Origin: an uncultured Alphaproteobacteria bacterium
GTDB lineage: Bacteria; Pseudomonadota; Alphaproteobacteria; Methylaequorales; Methylaequoraceae
Assembly (NCBI GenBank): GCA_902550225.1
Contig: CACCYL010000001.1
Coordinates: 24,941 to 88,940, forward strand
Reading direction: 5' to 3'
Length of the DNA stretch: 64,000 bases
In this document: piece after piece, positions 20,074 through 27,373 of the stretch
Numbering within the stretch: position 1 is the stretch's first letter
Layout of the letters: every line of letters begins with the position of its first letter
The notes under the pieces: generated by a model
The model's input: the letters and a program-made list of their open reading frames with translations, nothing else
What the model was told of the DNA's origin: nothing
Database searches by the model: none
Translations under genes and position numbers: made by a program

Positions 20074-20727
20074 ATGATGCAAAAAATAATTTTTAGTTTC
20101 TTTATTTACTTTACTATTATGCTCACGACAGCCAGTGATTCCTTATCGATCGAACTCGATAAAACACCAAAAAAATGGCCGTGCGATCAGGTGTATAACC
20201 CTAAACTAAATCTTGGATCAATATGGCAAGGGCCTTCTATAGAGGAATCTTTGAAAGATTGGTGGAAGCATGATGATGTGATTGAATACGTTAATATATT
20301 ATCTGAACCAACGTTAACCGAGGAGAACGGAACAGTTGTAATAGAGGAGTTTGCAAAAAAATATACTTATTTAGGTGTTTTAAAAAAACCTGAACAAAGA
20401 GAAAAGTTAATCTTTCTTTTTGCGGGTCTTTATCAAAAAGCTAAGGACAGAAGAGAAAGACAGTATAAGGGGATCATTAAATTTGTTGATAGGCAAGAAA
20501 GTCTAAGAAAGGCAATTGGTGAATCGTCAAAGTTAATAAGAAAATATAGAAAAAATAAAATGGATAAAAAAAGTAAAAAATATATTAATGCGAATTCCCA
20601 ATTAGAATGGAATACACGAGTTTTTGATCAGAGAACAAGATTAACGGAATATGTTTGTGAAGAACCAGTATTCAATACGCAAAGACTAGGATATCAAGCT
20701 AGAAAAATTCTATCTTATATCCAATAA
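20074..20727 (+). CDS. secreted or membrane-anchored hypothetical protein
   Basis: GGGAGA SD 5 nt before the ATG at 20074 (the ORF-track TTG at 20062 is less likely). N-terminal hydrophobic segment, K/R-rich helical C-terminal half. I recognise no family. Confidence 0.5.
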   Translation: MMQKIIFSFFIYFTIMLTTASDSLSIELDKTPKKWPCDQVYNPKLNLGSIWQGPSIEESLKDWWKHDDVIEYVNILSEPTLTEENGTVVIEEFAKKYTYLGVLKKPEQREKLIFLFAGLYQKAKDRRERQYKGIIKFVDRQESLRKAIGESSKLIRKYRKNKMDKKSKKYINANSQLEWNTRVFDQRTRLTEYVCEEPVFNTQRLGYQARKILSYIQ

Positions 20728-20812
20728 TTTCCCTTTAAATCATTACTTTGTTAATGAATTCAAAATGAATAAAAAAATCAGGTTTCTTTAATAAACAATC
20801 ACTATATATATC

Positions 20813-20831
20813 ATAGCCCAAGGTGGGCTAT
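20813..20831 (+). promoter_or_regulatory. perfect 8-bp stem-loop in the pqqA leader
   Basis: ATAGCCCA-agg-TGGGCTAT, immediately after a TATATATA -10-like tract and about 30 nt before the pqqA ATG. It could be a 5' stabilising hairpin or an operator. Confidence 0.4.
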
Positions 20832-20861
20832 ATTAATCTAAACCATAAAAAGGAGTAAATT

Positions 20862-20939
20862 ATGGCTTGGACAAAACCAATGATTTCTGAGATCTCTGTA
20901 GGTCTAGAAATCAATTCTTACGCTTGCGCTGAGAAGTAA
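20862..20939 (+). CDS. pqqA: PQQ precursor peptide PqqA (25 aa; absent from the ORF track)
   Basis: My own translation gives MAWTKPMISEISVGLEINSYACAEK*. It contains the conserved W-x-x-P and the E-x3-Y (E-I-N-S-Y) cross-link pair. AAGGAG SD 8 nt upstream. Directly precedes pqqB. Confidence 0.88.
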   Translation: MAWTKPMISEISVGLEINSYACAEK

Positions 20940-20958
20940 TCTCTGCAATAGCTATTGC

Positions 20959-20986
20959 CCCCTTAAGTCTAATTTGATTTAAGGGG
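20959..20986 (+). terminator. stem-loop between pqqA and pqqB (partial terminator or processing/stability element)
   Basis: CCCCTTAA-N12-TTAAGGGG, 20 nt after the pqqA stop. No strong T-run follows, so it is more likely an attenuating or stabilising hairpin than a full terminator. Confidence 0.45.
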
Positions 20987-21007
20987 TGCATTTAAAGTAG
21001 TATAATT

Positions 21008-21940
21008 ATGTTGAAAGTTTTGATTTTAGGTTCAGCTGCAGGAGGTGGTTCTCCACAATGGAACTGTAACAGTTCAGTGAGTAAAAAGGTCAGGGATGGA
21101 TTACCTGGAACTTCACCGAGAACTCAATCATCCATCGCAGTTACTTCAAATGACGAGGATTGGGTTTTGTTTAATGCTTCACCTGATTTAGGTTCACAAA
21201 TTTTAAATAATAAACAAATGCATCCGAAAAGAGATCTTAGGCATAGCCCTATCAAAGGTGTTGTTCTGACCAATGGCGATGTCGATCATGTTGCAGGTTT
21301 ATTATCACTGAGAGAAAGGCAAAATTTGTCTGTTTATGCTCACAAAAGAGTACATTCAGTTTTAAAAGAAAACTCGATTTTTAATGTTTTAAACCCAGAC
21401 TATGTAGATAGAAGAAATTTAGAAATGAATAAAAAATTCGAGGTTAAAAGTAAGGAAGGAAAAGATCTCAATATTGAAATAGAAGCATTTGAAGTCCCAG
21501 GAAAAATTGCACTTTGGCTAGAAGATGAATCAAAAGGGAAAAATTTTGGTACTGAAGAAGGAGATACAATTGGTTTAAAGATATTTTCATCGCAAAACAA
21601 TAAATCGTTTTTTTACATTCCAGCATGTGCAGACATGACAACTGATTTAGCTGAAAGAATTAAAGATTCAGATGTGGTGTTATTTGATGGAACTTTATGG
21701 GAAAATGACGAAATGGCTACCAGTAAGGTTGGTGAAAAAACTGGACAAAGAATGGGTCATATGAATAATTCTGGAAAAAATGGTTCAATACAAGCATTTA
21801 AAGATTTAGGGGTAAAAAGAAAAATTTTTATTCATATAAATACAACCAATCCAATACTTTTGGAAGATTCAAAAGAAAGAAAGATTGTTGAAGAAAATGG
21901 TTGGGAAGTAAGTTATGATGGAATGGAGATTGAAATATGA
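21008..21940 (+). CDS. pqqB: PQQ biosynthesis protein B (metallo-beta-lactamase fold)
   Basis: MLKVLILGSAAGGGSPQWNCN.. and ..LTNGDVDHVAGLL.. typical of PqqB. Position after pqqA. Confidence 0.92.
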   Translation: MLKVLILGSAAGGGSPQWNCNSSVSKKVRDGLPGTSPRTQSSIAVTSNDEDWVLFNASPDLGSQILNNKQMHPKRDLRHSPIKGVVLTNGDVDHVAGLLSLRERQNLSVYAHKRVHSVLKENSIFNVLNPDYVDRRNLEMNKKFEVKSKEGKDLNIEIEAFEVPGKIALWLEDESKGKNFGTEEGDTIGLKIFSSQNNKSFFYIPACADMTTDLAERIKDSDVVLFDGTLWENDEMATSKVGEKTGQRMGHMNNSGKNGSIQAFKDLGVKRKIFIHINTTNPILLEDSKERKIVEENGWEVSYDGMEIEI

Positions 21941-22722
21941 AAAGTATTGCTGAAGAAAAACTAAAAAACCAAATACTCATGACTAAAAATGAGTTTGAGC
22001 AGCGCCTTAGAAATATCGGTGCTGAACGTTACCACGATAATTGTAGATTTCATCATCTTCTTCATAGTGGAAAATTAAATAAAGGACAAGTACAGGCATG
22101 GGCGATCAATAGATATTATTATCAAATCAATATTTCTATTAAAGACTCTGCATTAATGTCCAGAATTAAAGATCCTGACCTCAGGAGAATTTGGATTAAA
22201 AGAATATTGGATCACGATGGAAGAAAAGGGGATGAAGGAGGTATTGAACGATGGTATAAATTAACTGATGGTCTTGATTTAGATCGAGATTATGTAAAAT
22301 CAACAGATGGTATTCTGCCAGCTACCAAATTTGCCGTTGATGCCTACGTGACTTTTGTAAGGGAGAAGCCAATTCTTGAAGGAGTAACATCTTCGCTAAC
22401 AGAGCTTTTTGCTCCTAAGATTCATAAAGAGCGAATTGTAGGCATGCTTGAAAACTATGATTTTATTAATGATATTACCATGGCTTATTTTAAAAAGAGA
22501 GTCGATCAGGCAACTGATGATGCCGATTTTGTCTTAAACTATGCACTAAAAAATGCGAAAACAAGAAAAGAACAAGATTCTGTTTGCGATGCTTTAAAAT
22601 TTAAAACTGATGTCCTATGGGTTATGCAGGACGCCCTATATCACTCTTATATCAATGGACATGTTCCACCAGGAGCTTTTATGCCAGAGGATTTTAATGA
22701 AAGATATACTGAAAATAAATGA
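21937..22722 (+). CDS. pqqC: pyrroloquinoline-quinone synthase
   Basis: ..RYHDNCRFHHLLHSGKLNKGQVQAWAINRYYYQ.. is the PqqC signature. ATGA overlap with pqqB. Confidence 0.92.
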   Translation: MKSIAEEKLKNQILMTKNEFEQRLRNIGAERYHDNCRFHHLLHSGKLNKGQVQAWAINRYYYQINISIKDSALMSRIKDPDLRRIWIKRILDHDGRKGDEGGIERWYKLTDGLDLDRDYVKSTDGILPATKFAVDAYVTFVREKPILEGVTSSLTELFAPKIHKERIVGMLENYDFINDITMAYFKKRVDQATDDADFVLNYALKNAKTRKEQDSVCDALKFKTDVLWVMQDALYHSYINGHVPPGAFMPEDFNERYTENK

Positions 22723-22984
22723 GAGCGTTAAACCAAAATTCCCAAAACATGTTAGATTTAGACATAATAAAGCAAGAGACGAATGGGTTATTTTGGCCCC
22801 TGAACGGCTTGTTAAACTTGATCCAGTCGCTGTTGAGATTCTCAAACTTGTCGATGGTAAAGTTTCTGTTGGTGAAATCTCAACTGACTTGTCAAAAAAG
22901 TTTAATGCACCTAAAGAGGTTATAATGAAAGATGTAATTGAAATGTTGCAAGAACTATCAGACAAAGGATTTATTGAAGAATGA
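22697..22984 (+). CDS. pqqD: PQQ biosynthesis peptide chaperone PqqD
   Basis: ..PKFPKHVRFRHNKARDEWVILAPERLVKLDPVAVEILKLVDG.. is PqqD-like. I chose the internal ATG at 22697 (95 aa, typical size). The ORF-track start at 22610 lies deep inside pqqC. Confidence 0.85.
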   Translation: MKDILKINESVKPKFPKHVRFRHNKARDEWVILAPERLVKLDPVAVEILKLVDGKVSVGEISTDLSKKFNAPKEVIMKDVIEMLQELSDKGFIEE

Positions 22985-24138
22985 AAAGCGATGAATTAAA
23001 ATCAGGTTCAAAACAGTTAAAGACTGCCTCTGAACACGGTATACAAGCGCCTTTGGCACTTCTAGCCGAACTCTCTCATAGATGTCCTCTGCAATGTCCT
23101 TATTGCTCAAACCCAGTCCAGCTTGAGAAAAAAACTGGTGAGTTAACAACAGATGAGTGGAAATCAGTTATTGACCAGGCTGTTGATATGGGCATGCATC
23201 AAATACATCTTTCAGGTGGAGAACCAACAGTCAGGCATGATCTTGAGGATATTGTTGAACATTGTACAGTCAAAGGTTTATATACGAATCTTATTACCTC
23301 TGGAGTTTTATTAAATCCTGATAGACTGAAAAAACTTGAGAAACTTGGTTTAGAGCATGTACAACTTTCCTTTCAAGATACTGACAACGAAAATGCAGAT
23401 AGAATTGGCGGCTATAAAGGAGGGCATGCAAAAAAACTTGAAGTAGCAAAATGGGTAAGAGAGGTTGAATTACCGTTAACTTGCAATTGTGTTGTTCATA
23501 GGCAAAATATAGATAATCTTGAAAATTTTATTCAAATGGCCCTTGACCTTGATGCTGAAAGGGTTGAGATTGCTCAGGTTCAATACTACGGTTGGGCCTT
23601 AAAAAATAGAGCAGCATTTATACCTACGCCCGAACAATTAGACCATGCCACTGAAATAGTTGAAAAAGCTAGAGTTGATCTCAAAGGAAAATTAGTTATT
23701 GATTACGTAATTCCCGATTATTACGCAAAGCATCCTAAAAATTGTATGGGAGGTTGGGGAAGAAGGTTTTTAAACATGAATCCAAAAGGAGAGGTATTAC
23801 CGTGTCACGCGGCAGAGACTATTCCCCACCTTAAGTTTGACAATGTTAGAGAAAAAAGCCTTAAATGGATTTGGGAGAACTCAGAGGCATTTAACTTATA
23901 CAGAGGTACCGATTGGATGCCTGATCCCTGTAAATCTTGTGATAGAAAAGAAATTGATTGGGGAGGTTGTAGATGCCAGGCGATGGCCCTAACTGGTGAC
24001 GCTAAAAATACTGATCCAGCGTGTTCTATATCACCTTTACACAAAGAAATATTTGCAATGGCAGCTGAAGAAGCTAGGCGTGCTCCACCAGAATTTATTT
24101 ACAGACGCTACGGCGTTAGATTTAATTCACCTATTTAA
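22981..24138 (+). CDS. pqqE: PqqA peptide cyclase (radical SAM/SPASM)
   Basis: CPLQCPYCSNP (CxxxCxxC) radical-SAM motif plus a C-terminal Cys-rich SPASM region (CKSCDRKEIDWGGCRCQA). ATGA overlap with pqqD. Confidence 0.93.
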   Translation: MKSDELKSGSKQLKTASEHGIQAPLALLAELSHRCPLQCPYCSNPVQLEKKTGELTTDEWKSVIDQAVDMGMHQIHLSGGEPTVRHDLEDIVEHCTVKGLYTNLITSGVLLNPDRLKKLEKLGLEHVQLSFQDTDNENADRIGGYKGGHAKKLEVAKWVREVELPLTCNCVVHRQNIDNLENFIQMALDLDAERVEIAQVQYYGWALKNRAAFIPTPEQLDHATEIVEKARVDLKGKLVIDYVIPDYYAKHPKNCMGGWGRRFLNMNPKGEVLPCHAAETIPHLKFDNVREKSLKWIWENSEAFNLYRGTDWMPDPCKSCDRKEIDWGGCRCQAMALTGDAKNTDPACSISPLHKEIFAMAAEEARRAPPEFIYRRYGVRFNSPI

Positions 24139-24235
24139 CTTTCGATAATTAATAGGCATTCTCATTATGATTGACAAACACCATTTTAATTATTAGATAT
24201 ATCTTTATATTTGAACAATAAAAAAAGGATGTAAA

Positions 24236-24667
24236 ATGAAAAAACTTTTTCTAACTTTATTTTTTGTAATGTTTTCAGCAAATTCTTTTGCCGCAGATGT
24301 TACAATAGAAATGCTAAATAAAAATAAAGAAACAAAAAAAAGAATGGTTTATAGTCAAGAACTTGTTAAGATTGACGTTGGTCAGTCCATTGAATGGGTT
24401 CCTACAGCTAAAGGACATAACGTAGAAATGCTAGCTGGTCCCGAAGGATATGAATTACCAAAAAAAACAAAATTAAACGACCCTGTGACCATAACTTTTG
24501 ACAAACCAGGTATTTACCTTTACCAATGTTCTCCTCACGCAGCAATGGGAATGATTGGTTTGGTTGTAGTTGGTGGCGACACCTCTAATATGGATGCTAT
24601 AAAAGCTTTGAAAGTTACAGGTGGAAAGTCTAAGAAAAAAAGAGACAAACTTTTAAGTGAAATTTAG
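24236..24667 (+). CDS. pseudoazurin (type-1 blue copper protein)
   Basis: Signal peptide. ..IEWVPTAKGHNVE.. (His ligand) and ..YQCSPHAAMGMIGLVVVG (C-x2-H-x4-M ligand set), as in pseudoazurins. Confidence 0.85.
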   Translation: MKKLFLTLFFVMFSANSFAADVTIEMLNKNKETKKRMVYSQELVKIDVGQSIEWVPTAKGHNVEMLAGPEGYELPKKTKLNDPVTITFDKPGIYLYQCSPHAAMGMIGLVVVGGDTSNMDAIKALKVTGGKSKKKRDKLLSEI

Positions 24668-24690
24668 AATTCTCTCGTTCCATTCACATA

Positions 24691-24723
24691 AAGCCCAGGC
24701 AAACCTAGCTGGGCTTTTTTTTT
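24691..24723 (+). terminator. rho-independent terminator after the pseudoazurin gene
   Basis: AAGCCCAG-gcaaaccta-CTGGGCTT followed by a T-run of at least 9. It lies between convergent genes, so it may also serve 24733..25641 weakly. Confidence 0.8.
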
Positions 24724-24732
24724 AACCAATTT

Positions 24733-25641
24733 CTATTCAGACAGGTTAACAGATACCCACCTTTCCAGCGATGGTCCAGGTTTAAATACATCCGGGTGTA
24801 TAATTTCGCATAAAATTTTTATACTTTCCAGTAATCGTGGTCCTGGTCTGTTAAAAAACTTGTTACCATCTACTACAAATACTTCTTTCTGTTTAAGTAA
24901 TGAATGAAAATTAAGATTTGACTTTTTAATTTCAAGTTTTGTTCTTCTTATATCAAATCCGCACGGCATAAATATAACAATGTCAAATTTATTTGATGAA
25001 AGTTCACTTGTAGAAATAAATTTTGAATTCTTTCCAGATTCAATTAAAACATTTTCTGCATTGCTTATACTCAAAATTTCAGGAATCCAATTACCAGCAA
25101 TCATTAGGGGCTCTATCCATTCAATACATAAAACCTTTTTCGTATTGGTAAAGTTTAACTTTTTCTTAATAACGTTAATTTCCTTGTTAATTATTTCAAT
25201 AACCTTTGAAGCTTCGTTATAGGCATTGAGTTTTTCTCCAACAAATAAAATATCGTTGATGACGTCTTTAAAATAATTAGGTTTTAAATCTATTAAGATT
25301 GGCTTTTTTTTGAGCCAGAGATTTAAACATTTTTTTACATCTTCAATTGAAACTGCACATACCGAACAATGAGATTGAGTTATAATGACATCTGGATTAA
25401 TTTTTTGGAGAAGTTCTGAATCAACCTCATATACAGACAGTCCTTTTTCTAAAATGCTTTGAATATTTTGGTTAATATTATAAGAAGTTTCATTGACATC
25501 AACTTTACTTTTTGTAAGTTTAGGAAGTTTTTCAATACCTTGTGGATAATCGCATTCGTGCGAAATACCAACCAGGTTATTAATTAGCCCTAGAGAACAA
25601 ACAATTTCAGTGGCACTAGGGATAAGACTTACTATCTTCAT
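24733..25641 (-). CDS. TroA/BtuF-like (cobalamin / Fe-siderophore type) binding protein without a signal peptide
   Basis: MKIVSLIPSATEIVCSLGL..VGISHECDYP.. is the class-8 periplasmic-binding-protein N-terminal pattern. There is no hydrophobic leader. Confidence 0.6.
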   Translation of the reverse strand: MKIVSLIPSATEIVCSLGLINNLVGISHECDYPQGIEKLPKLTKSKVDVNETSYNINQNIQSILEKGLSVYEVDSELLQKINPDVIITQSHCSVCAVSIEDVKKCLNLWLKKKPILIDLKPNYFKDVINDILFVGEKLNAYNEASKVIEIINKEINVIKKKLNFTNTKKVLCIEWIEPLMIAGNWIPEILSISNAENVLIESGKNSKFISTSELSSNKFDIVIFMPCGFDIRRTKLEIKKSNLNFHSLLKQKEVFVVDGNKFFNRPGPRLLESIKILCEIIHPDVFKPGPSLERWVSVNLSE

Positions 25642-25709
25642 TTATCAAAATTTTTGTTTTGCAACTTGAGAAAGACGTCGAGTAATGGATAAAGACACAA
25701 AAAAAATAT

Positions 25710-26591
25710 CTATTGGACTGGAGCTCTGCCTTTTATCAACGCGTCTGTGGTGCTGTCAGATTTTTTTCTTTTTCCAGGTCTTAGGCTTAAGATCGGAATG
25801 TTGTGTTTTACAAGAATTTCGTCGATTTCTTTCTGATTTTCCTTTATAAATTTATTTAGTTTTTTCTTCCAATCAGTTTCACCATCTCTTACACCCATTG
25901 TTGTGTAATAATCCATCCTACCCCAACCCTGATCGGTAGTTTCTAGGGGAATAAATTCATATTTGCTTTTGTCATAACCCTTTTTTTCAAGATAGTATAC
26001 AGCAATGGGTCCAGACATAAATACGATGTCGACTAAACCATCAATTAGATCTTCTATCATTGACTCCCCAATCACCGCTTTTCTAGGGTCAAATGTGAGG
26101 TTGTAAGGCCTTACCCTACCCATAAGATTATATCTTTGTAGAACAAAAGTAGGAGGGGTGCCAGCTTGAACTCCAATACTTAGATCAGCTAACTGAGGAT
26201 GATTAGGTCTATCAACTTCTATTCCATTTTCTTTGAGAAAAATCATCCCATATGACCATCTCATGTAAGGTATGGTATTTAGCACCAGATCGTTACCAGC
26301 AGTAATTCCAATTAAAATGTCACACTTTTTCTTGTTAAGTGTGTTTCTAACATATCCAATTACCTGAGGAAAGTATTCATAGACTACTGGAATATTTAGC
26401 TTTTCACCGAGCAAATCGGCTATAGCGTTTTCGAAACCTTCCCCTTTTTCATTTGAAAAAGGGAGGTTTGAGGGGTCTGCGCAAACTCGTAAATTTTCCG
26501 TATCAACAGCTTCAATAGCAGATTCTCTAGATTTTACATCCATTGTGAGCAACATTACTAGAGATAATGTAAGTATGAAGACTCGTTGCAT
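25710..26591 (-). CDS. xoxJ: XoxJ/MoxJ-type quinoprotein-dehydrogenase-associated periplasmic binding protein
   Basis: Signal peptide. LRVCADPSNLPFSNEKGEGFENAIADLL.. is the family-3 SBP pattern seen in MxaJ/XoxJ. Downstream of xoxF-xoxG. Confidence 0.8.
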   Translation of the reverse strand: MQRVFILTLSLVMLLTMDVKSRESAIEAVDTENLRVCADPSNLPFSNEKGEGFENAIADLLGEKLNIPVVYEYFPQVIGYVRNTLNKKKCDILIGITAGNDLVLNTIPYMRWSYGMIFLKENGIEVDRPNHPQLADLSIGVQAGTPPTFVLQRYNLMGRVRPYNLTFDPRKAVIGESMIEDLIDGLVDIVFMSGPIAVYYLEKKGYDKSKYEFIPLETTDQGWGRMDYYTTMGVRDGETDWKKKLNKFIKENQKEIDEILVKHNIPILSLRPGKRKKSDSTTDALIKGRAPVQ

Positions 26592-26614
26592 TTGAAATTT
26601 AAGTAAAATTGAAT

Positions 26615-27229
26615 TTAGTCAACTTCTTTAAATTTTGGAAGCTTTGGTAGTCTAACTCCACGTCTTATTTTACCGTCAGCTCTAGCTTTAACATAGCGAA
26701 ATATGTCTTCAACGTGTGGAGCAACATTTGTATTTGCACCGTAAGCAGGCATCACATTACCTTTTTGTGCACCTTCATCTTCGCCTCTTCCATTCATAAT
26801 TACGTTAAAGAAATCGTCATATGATAAGCCTTGTGTAACCGATACCATTAAAGAAGGAGCGTAAGTACTTCCCATTGCATCAGGCCCGTGACATACGTGG
26901 CATTCGGCATGGTAAGCTCTCCATCCTTTATAAGTTGCAAAATCCATCCAACCATATTGCATTTCAACCAAGCTATCATCACCTCTGCACTCTTCTAAGT
27001 CATCTTCTGATACCATATCAACTGCTTTGCCTTTACAATTAATTTGGATTAGATTCAGAGGAGTACCATCTTCTTTTAATCTGTCGCCCTTACCATATTT
27101 AATAATGTAAGTTGGGTTGTCATCTTCATCGAAAGCAGGTTCAACTGCTTCTGGAGTTGGGATCGCTTTAGCACTAAATCCTACGACTAGTGATGCAACT
27201 AAAGCAAATTTATTAAATTTAAAGTTCAT
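26615..27229 (-). CDS. xoxG: cytochrome c (cL-type, XoxG)
   Basis: Signal peptide, single haem motif CHVCHG, about 200 aa. Located between xoxF and xoxJ. Confidence 0.8.
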   Translation of the reverse strand: MNFKFNKFALVASLVVGFSAKAIPTPEAVEPAFDEDDNPTYIIKYGKGDRLKEDGTPLNLIQINCKGKAVDMVSEDDLEECRGDDSLVEMQYGWMDFATYKGWRAYHAECHVCHGPDAMGSTYAPSLMVSVTQGLSYDDFFNVIMNGRGEDEGAQKGNVMPAYGANTNVAPHVEDIFRYVKARADGKIRRGVRLPKLPKFKEVD

Positions 27230-27281
27230 GTTTCAAAGTCCTAATTAATCATTAAAAAAATAGTTATTATTTATATTGTAA

Positions 27282-27290
27282 ATTATATCA
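27282..27290 (-). promoter_or_regulatory. candidate extended -10 promoter element for xoxG-xoxJ
   Basis: The minus strand reads TGATATAAT (TGn plus a perfect TATAAT) about 50 nt upstream of the xoxG ATG and downstream of the xoxF terminator. Confidence 0.35.
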
Positions 27291-27319
27291 AAATCTCAAG
27301 AAATTTAAAAAATTTTTTT

Positions 27320-27349
27320 CAAAAAAAAAGCCCGACTGAAAAGCCGGGC
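27320..27349 (-). terminator. rho-independent terminator immediately downstream of xoxF
   Basis: The minus strand reads AGCCCG-gcttttcagt-CGGGCT followed by T9, starting about 24 nt after the xoxF stop. Confidence 0.8.
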
Positions 27350-27373
27350 TTCTTTTAAATACTGTTTACGCTA

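Noticed and set aside
22610-22696. Long pqqD start at 22610, overlapping pqqC by more than 110 nt.
   Set aside because: The extension is out-of-frame pqqC sequence with no PqqD similarity. The ATG at 22697 gives the usual peptide of about 95 aa.
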